DNA of 62,240 nt, the filler included, from Platydemus manokwari (taxonomy: Eukaryota), in the NCBI GenBank assembly GCA_037951405.1. It is 5 parts of 5 records of this genome, joined end to end, with 100 filler letters (N's around TTAATTAATTAA, not from the genome) between each part and the next. Parts side by side here need not be neighbours in the genome. Positions count along the whole stretch, not along the records: positions 15,410 to 27,966 come from JBBMOY010083343.1; positions 28,067 to 37,930 come from JBBMOY011195432.1; positions 38,031 to 52,547 come from JBBMOY011448088.1; 2 more parts are not named here. One strand, 5' to 3'. Below the pieces are notes generated by a model, which was given only the letters and a program-made list of their open reading frames with translations, was not told the DNA's origin and ran no database searches. Position 1 is the stretch's first letter. Each line of letters begins with the position of its first letter. The position numbers and the translations under genes were made by a program. Shown here in pieces: positions 25,802 through 39,768 of the stretch.

Positions 25802-27966
25802 ATTTTGTTAAATGTTAGTTATCGTTAGAAAATCTTAAATGTATATATGTGTGTATGTTCGATTATTTTGTACTTTGTATTCTTGAAATCTCAAGGTTAA
25901 ACTTGAATTGTATAACAAAACACAACTTAAAAACAATTTCATCGAAAATTCATGATAGTGCTTGAATAATAATTATAAATTCTGAATAAATATTCTATGA
26001 AAAAATCTAAAATAAAATCATTAATTATTTAAATCAAAAAATAAAAATTAGTAAAATGTTCTAAAACAACGTATTTAAATGAATCAATTTAATATTGTGT
26101 GCGTTGACATTATGAAAAAAATTCCCAAATCCATCATAATTTAAATCCAAATAACGAATTAACAAATTTAAAGATTGATTAACGATCAAATAATTTCAAA
26201 TTTGAATCAACCAATTGGTAATGTTTTAAATAATAAATAAATATTCTGAATTTTGCTGTAGAATTGATGGTTTAAATGTTTGACAATTTCATAAACAATG
26301 GAAAAATTATAGTTGGAAAAGGTTCTACCAGACAGCCAATTCATTAAGAATTCACAATAAAAAGGAAAAAATTAAAAAATTTTAGTTTGGAAGCCAACAA
26401 GAATTTTGGAATATTTCCATGGCGATTATAAAGGATTTTTGTATCAAGCTAAATGATAAACACTTAACGATAAAGTATATATTAGTGTAACAACATATAG
26501 ATTATCTAAAATTGTTTTATATTTTATATTAATTAATGTGACAAATCGCTAAGTCCGCTGTTCTCAAGTTATGTTCTTTCTGTAATTAATATAACAAAAA
26601 TGTTGATAGTGCTTAATATAATCTTTCTTGTAAGATGTAGTTCTGCGCGTTCTACTGACTAACATTGAACAAAGGATTATTTGGCAATTGAAACCATCCT
26701 TTTGGATTCGTTTCATTGCTTTTAAGATTTTCCATTAAAAACTGAAAATATTCGAGAAGTTAGTAATAATAATTTTAGTAAAAGTGAGCAAGCTTTAAAT
26801 CGTGATTGTAAAAACAATCTTCTCACTCATACTATTGTATTCTCAGGTATGTTATGCTTATAAGATCCAAAATATATTATCTCAGATTAGAGTAGCAGTA
26901 AATAAAAAGCTAGGAACTATTTGCTACCTTTTATCATTTTCAAGAAGCAGGTTTTGTATTTGTCTTCCTATAAATTGTATCTTGAGTTGCAGTGTGTGAA
27001 TTTATCTTAATATGTTTAACATGATAGAGACTTAGTCCATGCTTTAATAAATGTAATAAATATTTTCAAGAAATATCTCCTGCATAAATTATTTGGTTCA
27101 CAATTACGTTGGAAAATAGAGATTGTTCAAAAATATATTAAATAAAGTGTTGCTTGTCATGTTGATTATTAACATACTGGTCAGCGATTGTTTAATCCCT
27201 GAAAGGTCTTCTGTTAATAGTCTGATGATTATTACAAGCAAATAGTTAATATGATTTTCCAATTGGTTGGAAATTTCATTTTCATTACCCTTAATTCGTA
27301 GCTGTAATACTCTTATATATTAATGAAGAACCAATGGTCAATATATGACCAAATCATTATTAAATTATTTTTATCTATTGATAAAATCAAGCTAAATATA
27401 ATATCTATCATAAATACAAACAGTCTATAAAGAAAGTTGATAAAATACATTTATTGCAGTTTGCCATTACAAAACACGAAGAAAACAAAATTGAGATTGT
27501 TGTCCCCGATACTTGTGGTCACCGTAAATGTTGCCATGAGTTTCATCGACCACTGGAATGGAAAAAACGAATTCATTTTTTGTCTTTATAATATGCCTTT
27601 ATTATTATATCATTAATAAGACTATTCATTTAATTTTTTATCTTTATAATTTTATCATATCTTTTTCTTGTAATTCTACGTTTTTCTGATAAATCATTAA
27701 TAACTACATAATGCATACTTTAAATGATATATATAGTGACCGGTAAAAAATTTCGTTTTTATCAGTAAGAAAATATCTGAAGATCAAAACTAAATTTTCT
27801 AGGTAGACCTTTCTTAAGTAAATTCTCTAAGGTAGATCAATAACAAGACTGAAAGGTTTAAGATTTTGTTCGTGTTTGGGGTTCCCTTTGTTTATTTGTA
27901 TTATCAGTCTCTATATTAAATTTTATTGTGGATCAATGCCGACTTGATCAGTCTCTGTGAGCTCTG

Positions 27967-28066
27967 NNNNNNNNNNNNNNNNNNNNNNNNNNNNNNNNNN
28001 NNNNNNNNNNTTAATTAATTAANNNNNNNNNNNNNNNNNNNNNNNNNNNNNNNNNNNNNNNNNNNN
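27967..28066. other. Assembly gap linker
   Basis: N44-TTAATTAATTAA-N44. Confidence 0.99.

Positions 28067-28138
<72 letters not shown>
28067..28138. repeat. (TAT)n microsatellite at contig end
   Basis: Perfect TAT/ATT run next to the gap. Confidence 0.95.
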
Positions 28139-28142
<4 letters not shown>

Positions 28143-31100
28143 AAATATTAACAAGACCTGAATAAATATACTTCAACCGATAAAATCGATGCCAAAAAGA
28201 TAAGCCCTCCCACTCATTTTAATAACCGCCCAATATCGAGAAATCTTATAATTGCGAATCTCAGATCAAAATATGTTTAGAGAAGGCATCCAAATGATAA
28301 TTTGAAACGTTTTTTCTATGAATAAATTTTCCATCGACCGAGTTTGTCCAGCAAATATAAGCACTATCAGTTGAAATCTCTTACGACGCGAATATTCAAC
28401 TCGAATGAGATCACATTTTTCCACATCCACAAACCGATGATGAAATGCCAATTCAATGTTATCCACACAACGTGATTTATTCGGCCTGATATTTGGATTT
28501 CCAGATTTCCAATGAATAATTTATCATTTATTTTCTCACTAGATGTGGCTGAATAGTACCGATTCGTCAAATGAATTTTTTATTGTTTTTCCGGTTTGTA
28601 AAATAACGATAAATTTTAAAAATAAAGATACAATATAATATCAAATAATATACATCAGAGGTGGCCAACTTATGTGTACGTAAGATCGACTTTTCATTTG
28701 AATAAGATCTCACGCGATAGACTAATATTGGCTTCAAGATCGATCGGTTGGCCACCCCTGATATACATCACCTGATAATGATTTCGGGAACTTAATTATT
28801 GATTAACTTTTCTATTGATCTTGTGATGTCATTTCGTTAATTCATAGAATAATTTTGGATTTATTCTTATTAATTTAGAAGATTGAGAACTTCATTTGAT
28901 ATTGATCAGATGAGTTTCACCACTTTCTTCATATCGGAATCCGTGTAATAAGATATGCGAGGATTTCAAAACTTTTATAAAGAATTATTGATCATTTCAA
29001 GTCAAATAAAACGGTTAAAAATACATTAAAATCATTTGTTTGAATATTGTGATAAAAATATACTTTCTAGGTTGCATTTATTAAACCATTACTAACTTAT
29101 ATTTAATAAAATAATTAAAGATAATATGTATTATTTTTGGGAATTTTAGGATTAGCAAAAGCCTATCTGGCTCTATCTATTTTTATCCAAAAAATCGTTT
29201 GTGTTGTATTGGGATCACAGAATAATGAATCTAATTATTACTTCCTGGCGGGCCAATCTTTTCCTTTTTAAGCATGAAATGAGAACAAAATGTCGAAATT
29301 GGTGATACAATCGCAGTTGGTTTTTGAAATATGAACCACGGGAAAAGGGTGATAAAAAAATGACTTTTCCTAACGCAAGCCTTGGAAACACTTGGAACGT
29401 CAATCATTTAAAGATATACCCATGTAATGGTCACTCACGAAGTAATGGTAAAAATCTTAATTACACGAGGGAGTATTCTCAATTCTGCGGCGAACCGTTT
29501 TTACAAACATGATCGTCATCCCTCATTTTTCGGATCGATATTATTGATTCCGTGGATCAGAATTATCCGTCATAATAACATCGATGTCTCCAAATAAATT
29601 CCTAACATTCCAAATATCTATAAATACATAAATACCTAGCAAATATCCACCAAATAAGTCTTTCAGAAGATAATAAGGTTCATTATGCATGTCGTAACTG
29701 TCGCTTGCACTGGAAATCATCAATCTGCCATTGCGTCTCATCAAATATACAAGCAGAAAATGTTGTTTTTTTATATTTCAAACTTGTTTTTTCATTTATC
29801 AATTGTTTCGATCTAAAAATGGATAAATCAATGTATGTCGATTCCAACACTCGAAGAAATCAGACTTCCAATCCAATAGATCCAATTTGACAAAGAGATT
29901 TTCAGACAAATATCACCTGAATATCGTCTACACAAATGTTTTATCACTTCAATATTTTAGTTCTGCTTTATACGAGACACACATTGATGGGACTTGATAA
30001 ATGGGATTGGGTTAAAATTGAGATTTCTATCTTTGATTTATTATTTTTCTGGAGCGTCTTCCAATAATATAAATTCCGAAGTAATATTCCTTTTCCTCGT
30101 AATCAGGCCACATTGTATTCCAACAAATAGGTTCTTGACGAATTTCTCTTCTCACATTGTCTCACAATTTTATAAGAATCCACATAAAAACAACCAAGTA
30201 CACACGGCAGCTGGAAGTTGTGTGGCCTCAAATATATTTTTTATTCAAATTCTACGAAAGTAAGTTCAGCGGAAAATTCGATAAACATCTATAAAAATAT
30301 TGCATGCAAAAATGTAAGACATCAAGTTGTAGGGATTCAATGGAGTGTCTGGGCGTTTTTAATTAATACCTTGTAAGGTTGTAATTTAATAATAAAATTT
30401 TTTTCGAGATGAATATTAGAGAGATAAAGAAGAGAGACGATATTGTTTCGATTTTAAAGTTAACAACTCCATAGCAGCTCCGAATTTCAAAGTTCATGAG
30501 GCTTCATTAATGAATTCAATGAAGTTTGACCACAATATTCAAATCAACAAATATTTATCAATATAATCGATTTCTTTATTTAAGAATTATTTATCAAAAC
30601 TTTAAAATCATCATAATCGATAAAAGTTTGAATTCAATGCCAGAAATTCAAATTTATATCCGATCCAACCAAGTATTTCCAAGTGATATTTTGACTCAAT
30701 CAGTAATGAAAGCCTCCTACAACCGTTTGTCCTTGATTTTGTCGAAAGCCAAATGTTCTTGCACATATATGTGATAAATATTTGTTCATCAATATTGTTC
30801 TTTTAAACCAAAGAATTATTGATTTATCGTTGATTTTTTTCAATCCAACATATTTTAAAGATCATTTCTCATTTACACCAACAACACATATCGTTATGTC
30901 ATTTATATTCAACAAGTATAACCCGTCAAATCAAACCCGATTAAAATTCTCGACAATTTGGACTCTGATGCACTGAAATATTTCTCATACGAACGATGTT
31001 GTAAGAAACAATTTCAAACACATTCCGGATGTGATGATTTGAAAATCAATAAATATTTAGATGATCATTTTAAATCGAAAATATATTTTGTATTTAAAAA

Positions 31101-34100
31101 TAAAATGATCAATTTAATTGATTTTCATTTATTGATTAAATATACTTTGTGGGTTGAAGTTATAAGATTGGTTTACAATTCATATTTCATGAAGTAGTAG
31201 CAACTGTGAGCTGATAAGTTTCATTAGAAGATATTCGATTATTTTTATACAACAGGTTAATCCTTGATAAATATGAATGGGATTTAGTTTTATTAGATGT
31301 TTTCAATGATGTTTAACCTGTCCTTTATCGTGTGGTAATTTTATTAAAGTGGAAAAAATATCCCCGAAAATTTGCCATTATTTTATTGTCCTTAACAAGT
31401 AGTCTTCCAAACATGCATTAATTCGATTCATAGAGCGCAACGCGCCCAACTATAACCGTACCATTAATATACAAAAAAAGGCTTCACTCGCATATTACTT
31501 CATATTGCAGAGCATTTGCACACGTAAAACGGTCGACTGAATTTACGCCATATTTTGATTTGGTGTGTACGAATTTTGGTTATCTGGTGCATCTGAGAAA
31601 ATTACAGACACAACAATCAACCCTTCACAGCTCAATGGTGACGTAAATTGCTATGATGTACCTGTTAACCACTGATTTCAGTGACGCTTATGATCACCGG
31701 CACAAACCAGCCAGCTTATTGAATGAAGTGAATTGCTATTTTGACATATGAATTACTTATTTCTAAATCACACAATGACTGTTTGTAGGAGCCAGATTGA
31801 AATTATAATTTTGATTGAAGGCTTAGACATCGATGATTTTGGCCATCGCAATGAATTGTTCTTGATCAATACATCAAGTGTTATGATGTATGTTAGCCAG
31901 GATGATTTTATACTTTTAGACACAAAATTGACGTCAAATAGCTTTTCAATGATAAGCTTCAAAAAATTGAGGCTTTACCATTTATCCCAGGCACACATAT
32001 CAGATATCATTTTAATGACACCTTTAAAAGCAACGCCAGCCAAATCATTTACTGTGATGTCACCCGTATTGCATTCCAAATGATAGAATTCATTTCTAAT
32101 AATGATTTATCGAATAAATATTTCGATATTTTGCTAATTTTTGGTTAGTTTGAATGAAAGTTTCCTGTTCACAGATCGCATCATCAACGCGAACATTTTT
32201 CTCATTCCAATACAAAGCCGGGAAAATATTCTCATGATGGTAAAGTTGTGATCAAAGCAACGATAGTACCGATATCATCGTTGTTATTAATATCGGTGAG
32301 ATATATTTCACTCTCAGAGTTATGCTTGTCAACGCCAATTATACGTTTCCATGGATGAATGGTGTCTGTTCTAATTTATTGATATTCCAATAATTCCACC
32401 AGTCATGGTGGGAACAATTTCTAATCGTCTTCTCATTAACACAGAACACCTTTTATCGATCGGCATTTCGAATGACAAAGTTATGCCAATGACAGGTGTG
32501 ACTGAACAGCATGTAGCAAGCGAATTATTCCAAAGTCATATATTGTTAGGCTTTTAAAGCGTGTGAATCATCGGTGGAAATCTTTTCCAGAATTAGGTAA
32601 CTATATTTCCCGTTAAGGAGTCACTTCCATTCACAGTGTAAGTGAATAGGATTATCCTTCAAATCAGAGAACATAACTCAAGATAAAGACGACAGTTTTT
32701 TATGGTTAAGGAATAATTAAAATCAATAATTCGATAACTTTATCATCGATTCGATTTCATTGACCAACGAGCACACTGTTAACGATGTATCACGATATAT
32801 TGTAAAACTATCGATTCTATATTTTGTTTAAACCATCAATTAGTTTTTCCAAGAGCAATTTAATTATTCAGACAAAATTTTAACAAGAAAAATATGCATT
32901 TTTCGATGGAGAAATTCTCTCATTCATTTGAAAGAGGAAATGTGTTTTCTTTTCTTTTGTAGACCTCATCAAATTGAAAAATGATGAACACGATTAAACA
33001 AGAGAAAACTTGAGAAATATTTTCACAATGAAGTCATTTGTTTAAATTAGCTCATGCTTTTCTAATGGGGAGATTTCGTTTGGTGTAGGTTTTGCAATTT
33101 ATTCTCGGACATTTTCTATATCGATATTGATTTTCACATCATTGATCGATTCTGAAACATTTTGATATTGAATTTTTTATTAATTATTTGTTTCACTTAT
33201 TAGTTTGAATTATTGTGTATTTTTTAAAAATAAAATATACACAATTATTGATTGGCATTTCAGTGAGATAGATTTGTTCTCGCGAATATCAAAACGTCGG
33301 ATAAAACATTGTTTTATTTATATTTTTAGCATCCCGTGCAGCACCCCAAAGTCAATTAAAATGAGGAAATTAAATTAAAGTTACTGAAAACAACACTCGT
33401 GTAATGACGCAATGATTTGTACGAATCTAAAATTCAAAACACCATGGCAACAACGATTGGTTATCAATCAAGACTATATTCCACTATCGAAGTTAATGAT
33501 TTTCAATGCATTACCGAAGTACACAACCAAATCAATACACATTCATAATTTTAAATTATTGATCCAAATTATTATATTTAATTAATTTCATTATTATTGA
33601 TTTTTTAATTGAATTATCGATTGATTTGTTTTCAATTTGTGGTTTTATTTGAACTAATTAATTGATTTTAGATTTAAATTAAATCGATATTATATTAACA
33701 GAAATTATCGATTAATTAATTAATTAATAATTTTTAATTGTTTTGGTTTAAATGCCTTATTTGAATCTTTGTTTAAATCATTGATAATAGTGATATTTAT
33801 TTATCGATTTAAATAAAATTGATATTTCTCTTATTCTTACATCTGACATTGATGTCGACGATTTTTCCATGCCAGTTCTCAAATTTCATTCAGACGACAT
33901 TACAGCCATCAAATACATCCAATGATGATTGATAATAGTTCAAGGTCACAAATTAGCTACGTCTATTCGGATTGATGTGAATTGTGAAGATTGTTGTCAA
34001 CAGAAAGTTATTGCCGATGACATTCAATGATGACATTCATTTATCAATCGTCAGCTTCAGTCGAGTTTATAACGATAATATTTTACAAGAAACTTCTTTT

Positions 34101-34919
34101 TTCAAGTAAAAGAAATATTTCCTGGTCACCAAAAACGTTACAAATTGTCGTAATGAATTCGAGATAAAATTTATCTCTATCATTGATGATATTTTTGAAA
34201 CTTTTCTTTATTTTTTTTGGGTGAAAAAACATGTTCGGCATGTGTACAGTTTCCCATCAATTGTTATCGTAAATCAAATATTTCCCCTGTTTGCCCACCA
34301 TTGAAATGTAGCTCCAATATGTGATTAAAAATTATCGATTTGTGTGTATATTTTCGATTTAATCTATTTTTAGAAAATCCGATGTGCTTTGTAATTTTAT
34401 TTTTAATGAAACTGATTTTACTCCTGTTCATATTGATTTGTATTCTCAGATCCAATCGATAGTAAATCAATGATTTTTGCAAATATATCATCATTTTATT
34501 CATTTCCCTCTTTTATTATTATTATTAATGTGAGATGTATACTCGAATGATTTAAACATGTGTTCACACATCTATAAAATTGGATTGAAGTTATAGAAAT
34601 TGATTTGTTTGTTCGAATCTATCAATGAGCGAATTACAAACGATTGGCTCGTTGTTGTATGTGATTGTGACAAAGAAGAAAGCACTCCCCAACAGATCAA
34701 TTTGTAAATACAGGTTGATTAACCCTCACCACTTAATATAAACGGGAAACATTATTAATACATTGGTAAGCCAAATATCGATTTAGTAATTTTATTTTAT
34801 GGATTTATCGAATTTATTATTTATTGGTTGATTTGCTAGCTGTTAATATTTCAATAACTGGGCATTGAAAACGATTTTAGAAATTCAACACCAAAACTAT
34901 ATTAAATCATAATAATTGT

Positions 34920-35560
34920 TAGCCGCTACTATTTGAAAAACCACGCATTAAAAACGAACTGGAGAATCAAGACACCAATGACCTATTTTAATACAAATAT
35001 TCAACAAATAAATTTAATTTTATATAAAATTAGAATTAAAAATTTAACTCATATAAAATATCTCACATCCCCTTTCTTTAAAATCTTTGATTTTGTTCAT
35101 TATCTCTGCATCGAATACTCTAAATGTTTCATTACACGAAAACTCTATTTATTCTCTCTTTTAATGTCTTCTTTTGTATCTCCATTCTATGTTCGTTTTC
35201 ATCTCAATTATATCTCATTTATATCTTCTTTTATATCCCCGTTTTATCTCTTCTACAACTTCTTTATATCTTCTTTATAGATTCTCAATATAGTCTCAGT
35301 ACCTTCCTCCTTCTTTTCTATAATTTTCAATCGTTAATCTTTTCAGACCGAATCTACATGCGTGGTCGCCATGTTGACCGCTACTATTTGAAAAACCACA
35401 CATTAAAAACGAACTGAAAAGTCAAGACACCAATGACCTATTTTAATACAAATATTTTAACAAATAAATTTAATTTTACACAAATATGATTTGTTATAAA
35501 ATAAGAATTAAATTAGAATTAAAAATTTAAAATATCTCGCAATATTAAATCTAATTTATT
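34920..35560 (+). repeat. Dispersed repeat family B copy with ~110-bp direct repeats 455 bp apart
   Basis: CCGCTACTATTTGAAAAACCAC.CATTAAAAACGAACTG...CAAGACACCAATGACCTATTTTAATACAAATATT occurs at 34923 and 35378. Confidence 0.8.
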
Positions 35561-36649
35561 TACGAGTTGAATATCAAAACTTGAAAATCCTCACAATATT
35601 AAAATCAATAATTTTTTGTAATTGATTCAACAATCAGATAAGATTTTGTTTGAGAGAAATTAATCCGTTGCTATGAATACTGGTGGAATATACAACTGGT
35701 AGAGGTCTACATGTTCGCTTAACGGGAAAATTGAAAATTTATTTACAGAATATCGAATTTATTGTTAAAAATCAATACATGAGTGACTGTATATCAAATT
35801 TTGTAGCAATATTTAATTGTAAAATGGCCTCAATTAATAATATATTAGCGTTTTTGATGATTAAAATTTTAATAAATTAAATGAAATTTGTTTTAATGGT
35901 GGTTTTTTTAACGATAGGGTTTGTGTTCGAATCGTTACGATAAACCGGACATCAATTCAGTTTATGAGATATCATCGATTCTAATTCCATCGAGCATTTC
36001 ATAGAAATCTCTGAGAATTTATGCCATTGATTTTTATATCGATTCAATAAAATTGTTCCAACTTCGAAGCTAATGAAATTATTACTGCAACAATTGCAGA
36101 AAAAAAACAATGTTGAATTTTGTCGTCAATTTAATGGTGATGTCCGTGCATTCCATTTTGTTTCAAAAAAAATCTGCAAATTTTGGTAATTATATTGAAT
36201 TAACCATAGCCAGGAAGAAGGCCAGTTTAACAATCTTATGTCAGTCATCGATTATCATTGTATGCACTTTATACAGGATGTGCCAAAAATAATTTTCAAG
36301 CACCCACCGAATTAAGCTATTAAAGCAGGAAACCAATGCAATACTGGCTCCAAAAGTTGTCGGCGCAATTGTGTTTCTAATTAGTGGTTTGATTTGCTCA
36401 GTGCTCAAATTTCAATACATAGTTTTGCTGATACGCTCGGGAGATTCCCCAACAGCAAAAACAACAACAATGATGTATAATAATAATTAAATCTAATGAA
36501 TTCGTGAAAAAATTGTAGCGTTAATGGAAATTTTTCTTGCATCGATACAGTCGAAATCCTATTGGTCAGATTATTAACAAATGAAAATGGCTTTAGTAGA
36601 TTCATAAAATCTAACAATTTTAAATAGCCATTCTTTTTTCATATCAAAG

Positions 36650-36874
36650 ATGAGCAGCCGTCTGTGCACAATGGAAGTTGTTATGACTTTCGTTTTTATT
36701 CTGGTATGGATCACATCGACATTAGCCACGGATCCTTTTGCACGCAACAAACCTTTCTACGAAAATTCGTACATCAATCCCGATCATGTAGTTCTCAGTG
36801 CGGCAGTTTGCAAGGCCAGTTGTTACCACAAATGTCTTCAAATGTACTCCAACAGCACCGAAACCGGCAGTCAG
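36650..36874 (+). CDS. First coding exon of a secreted or membrane cysteine-rich protein
   Basis: Met, a signal-peptide-like segment (VVMTFVFILVWITSTLA/TD), a CKASCYHKC motif and an NST sequon. GC content is elevated. It ends at phase-0 donor CAG|GTTTGA, the same donor hexamer as GST intron 1. Downstream exons were not found. Confidence 0.65.
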
Positions 36875-37930
36875 GTTTGATATTTTAATTTTTTTATACG
36901 GTTATCTGGTTGTTTGATTCATTCTATTATCGATCGTGAATTTCCGGATTCAAATGATGCTCGTTCATCCGGCGTTTTTTTATTTAATTTATGACGAGCG
37001 AGTTTATTTATTTCGACATTGACATGTCGAAATGTATTTTTAAAATCTACATATCAATCGATATTTTATCCAATGTAATAATCGGTCAGTTGAGATCAGC
37101 TACAGTAACCATAGTGATTACGTTCTGTAAATAAGTAGACATTTTTTTAGAAAATTTAAATTTTCAAATCTTTCCTCCTTGGTAACCATTGTAAAATCCA
37201 TGTCCCGTCCAATTTTTGATGGCCATATTTAATTTCGACAATTATTTTCCATAATGAATGTCTTAACCAATATCAGCCAATAATAATCCCAGAGGATTTT
37301 CAATAATTTGCTCAGAACGAAAATTGTTGTCTGATGGAAACATGATGACTAACAGTTTTGCCCATGTCAGTTCTGACATGGTCGAAAAATCATTGATATG
37401 CATCAAACAGAATCGATCCGATTGATTGATGATTAATCGATCGATAATAAACATTCACAGAATTGATAATCAATTCCACAGATGAGCTACTGTCAATAAT
37501 TTTCGAGATCAAAAACAATACATGTTTTCTACTTGTTTGTTTCTGTTCTCTTCTATAGTGAATGATGCGTCATCCTGATGTTCTACTTGTTGTAAGAATA
37601 ATAACGATAATTGGTGTCAATCACAGAATATTGATGACGAATATTGATGGAATAATTAAATAATATTTTAATGAGATATTTTTCCCTCAGATATAGAACG
37701 AGATCATTTGTTGTTGTGGTTCCATCAGTGATGGTTTTATTTTCCGATTGTCATTTAAAGGATTTATATATTTCTTCATTTTATTAAAACGTATTGTTTC
37801 TATAGTTACTTGCTGTGTCGAATATTATTTATCAAATCATTCTACTCAATACATAGCCGCTCAAACATATCGAATTTCAGAGTGACAATGATATTCTCTA
37901 TATATTTTATATTGAGCAGGATTGGAATTA

Positions 37931-38030
37931 NNNNNNNNNNNNNNNNNNNNNNNNNNNNNNNNNNNNNNNNNNNNTTAATTAATTAANNNNNNNNNNNNNN
38001 NNNNNNNNNNNNNNNNNNNNNNNNNNNNNN
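37931..38030. other. Assembly gap linker
   Basis: N44-TTAATTAATTAA-N44. Confidence 0.99.
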
Positions 38031-38108
38031 TATAATAACAATAATAATAATAGTAATAACAATAATAACAAAAATAATAACAATAATAATAACAATAATA
38101 ATAATAAA
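38031..38108. repeat. (AAT/AAC)n microsatellite at contig end
   Basis: Imperfect AAT/AAC run. Confidence 0.9.
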
Positions 38109-39648
38109 ATCATATTATTAAAAACAAATTACTAAAAAAACATTTGAAAAAATATACTTTCATATTTCTCCCATCTTAAACATAAATCCTTAATATATTA
38201 TTTAAAAAAAATAATTTCATCATAATGGAGAATATTTCCAATATGGCTTGAAAAAAATCTTCGTTAGTGGTGAATCGTCTACAACTGTCACTTCTCATTA
38301 TCCGCTTATTATTACATAGCTAATAAGCTCAACAAAGTGTATCGATACTATGGTATTTTTATAAATTCCAGCACATTGAAGATCGCTCCCATTTCAATCG
38401 ATCATGTTATCATCGGTATATGAGCAATAAATTAAAATCTGCCATTTGAAGATTGCCGCTCAAATTTCTTTTGATTTCTTCAAAAACAACAATTTCCAAA
38501 GATAACCGAATTTAGATTACGAAATTAACAAAGAAAGATTTCCTCTAGTTTTATGCTTTATTCACAACCCAATTTCTTATTCACAAATCGACAACATAAC
38601 TTACTGAACATTGTTCGCTTAATAAACTGTCATGCCAAAATTTTTCAATATCGTTTTATCACATACTTTTTAAATATAGCCTTAAGCAAGACTGAATCTC
38701 ACTCGCCAGAAGACAATGATTAATAATTTCCACGAAAAGAAATGAATAATGTCTATTAGGTATTGGTTTAATCCTTTAAAACACGCTCATATTTGGCTGT
38801 CTTCAAAGGAGAAAAGTTGAAATAATTTTGTCTTTATTTTAGTGAAATAAATTACATTGAACCAAATTATGGTTACATCGAGAAAAAAGTCACGTAAGGG
38901 ATGGATTTGTAGTTAATCTTATATTTTAGTTCGAAAACGACAGTAAGTAATACTACTCCATTTTTGTTGCATAGATGAGTGCTAGGGTCGTATTTAAATA
39001 ACTCTCTCTCATCATTGGTCAATGAAGGTGACATATTGGATGATGTTCTGCTAACAGTCAGAATGAATCGATTGAAATTAATCTGACTCAAATTCTAAAT
39101 GTTTTCTTATCAAACAAGAAACCCTGAGATATATATTGACCCATTTTAAAATGTATTTTAATTAGATATTTTTCCACAACAACATTGAAGATATTCATCA
39201 AAAGAATAACTCAGAATTTAATCGAAATTCAATTTTAAACTGCACATATCTAATCGAATTATTTTTCTCAATTATTCAATCTAAAATTAAATCCCTTTAC
39301 ATTCAATTTATCAATATCATTTCATTCGCAACCGTGTAATTAAATCTAACCAAATTGAGTATTTCATAAATAAAGACTCTTTCATATAGATATAGAACAT
39401 AAAAGTACAATGATCATATAATATTTGGTACCAAATATTTTTACACGATATAAAACATACTGTAAATCTTCCACAAATAATTCATGACTAAGCTTTAATA
39501 TGAGAAACAAATCATTAACAAAGCAAAATAAACGCATCCATAACTAACCAATCAACTTTCTTCATTTGATCAAGACATTACCAGAACAGAACACACAAAC
39601 ATTCAAATACAAACACCATTAGTCGAATGGAAAATTAATAAAACATAC

Positions 39649-39768
39649 CCGCGATATTCAATATATTTGTAAATGCCACCAGCAAGAGCAATTGCAACAA
39701 GCGCATAATACCAGCTTGATACAAACATCAAAGCGATGCATAAAATGAGACCCAGTAATGATGTTGTC
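39649..39768 (-). CDS. slc12a: Internal exon (120 nt) of an SLC12 K-Cl cotransporter (KCC, SLC12A4-7-like)
   Basis: TTTAG|...|GTATGT boundaries. Encodes (W)[40 protein letters not shown], matching KCC TM11-12 ([25 protein letters not shown]). In phase with exon 48762-48664. Confidence 0.93.

Noticed and set aside
27440-27555. Minus-strand acceptor (TTCCATTCCAG) followed by a short open frame and AATAAA, like a terminal exon
   Set aside because: Neither frame matches KCC or any protein I recognise.
38270-39090. Possible piggyBac-like transposase relic (…DDNMI.LKW…) and ORF 38873-39091
   Set aside because: Only one weak motif, which is not enough to support a call.
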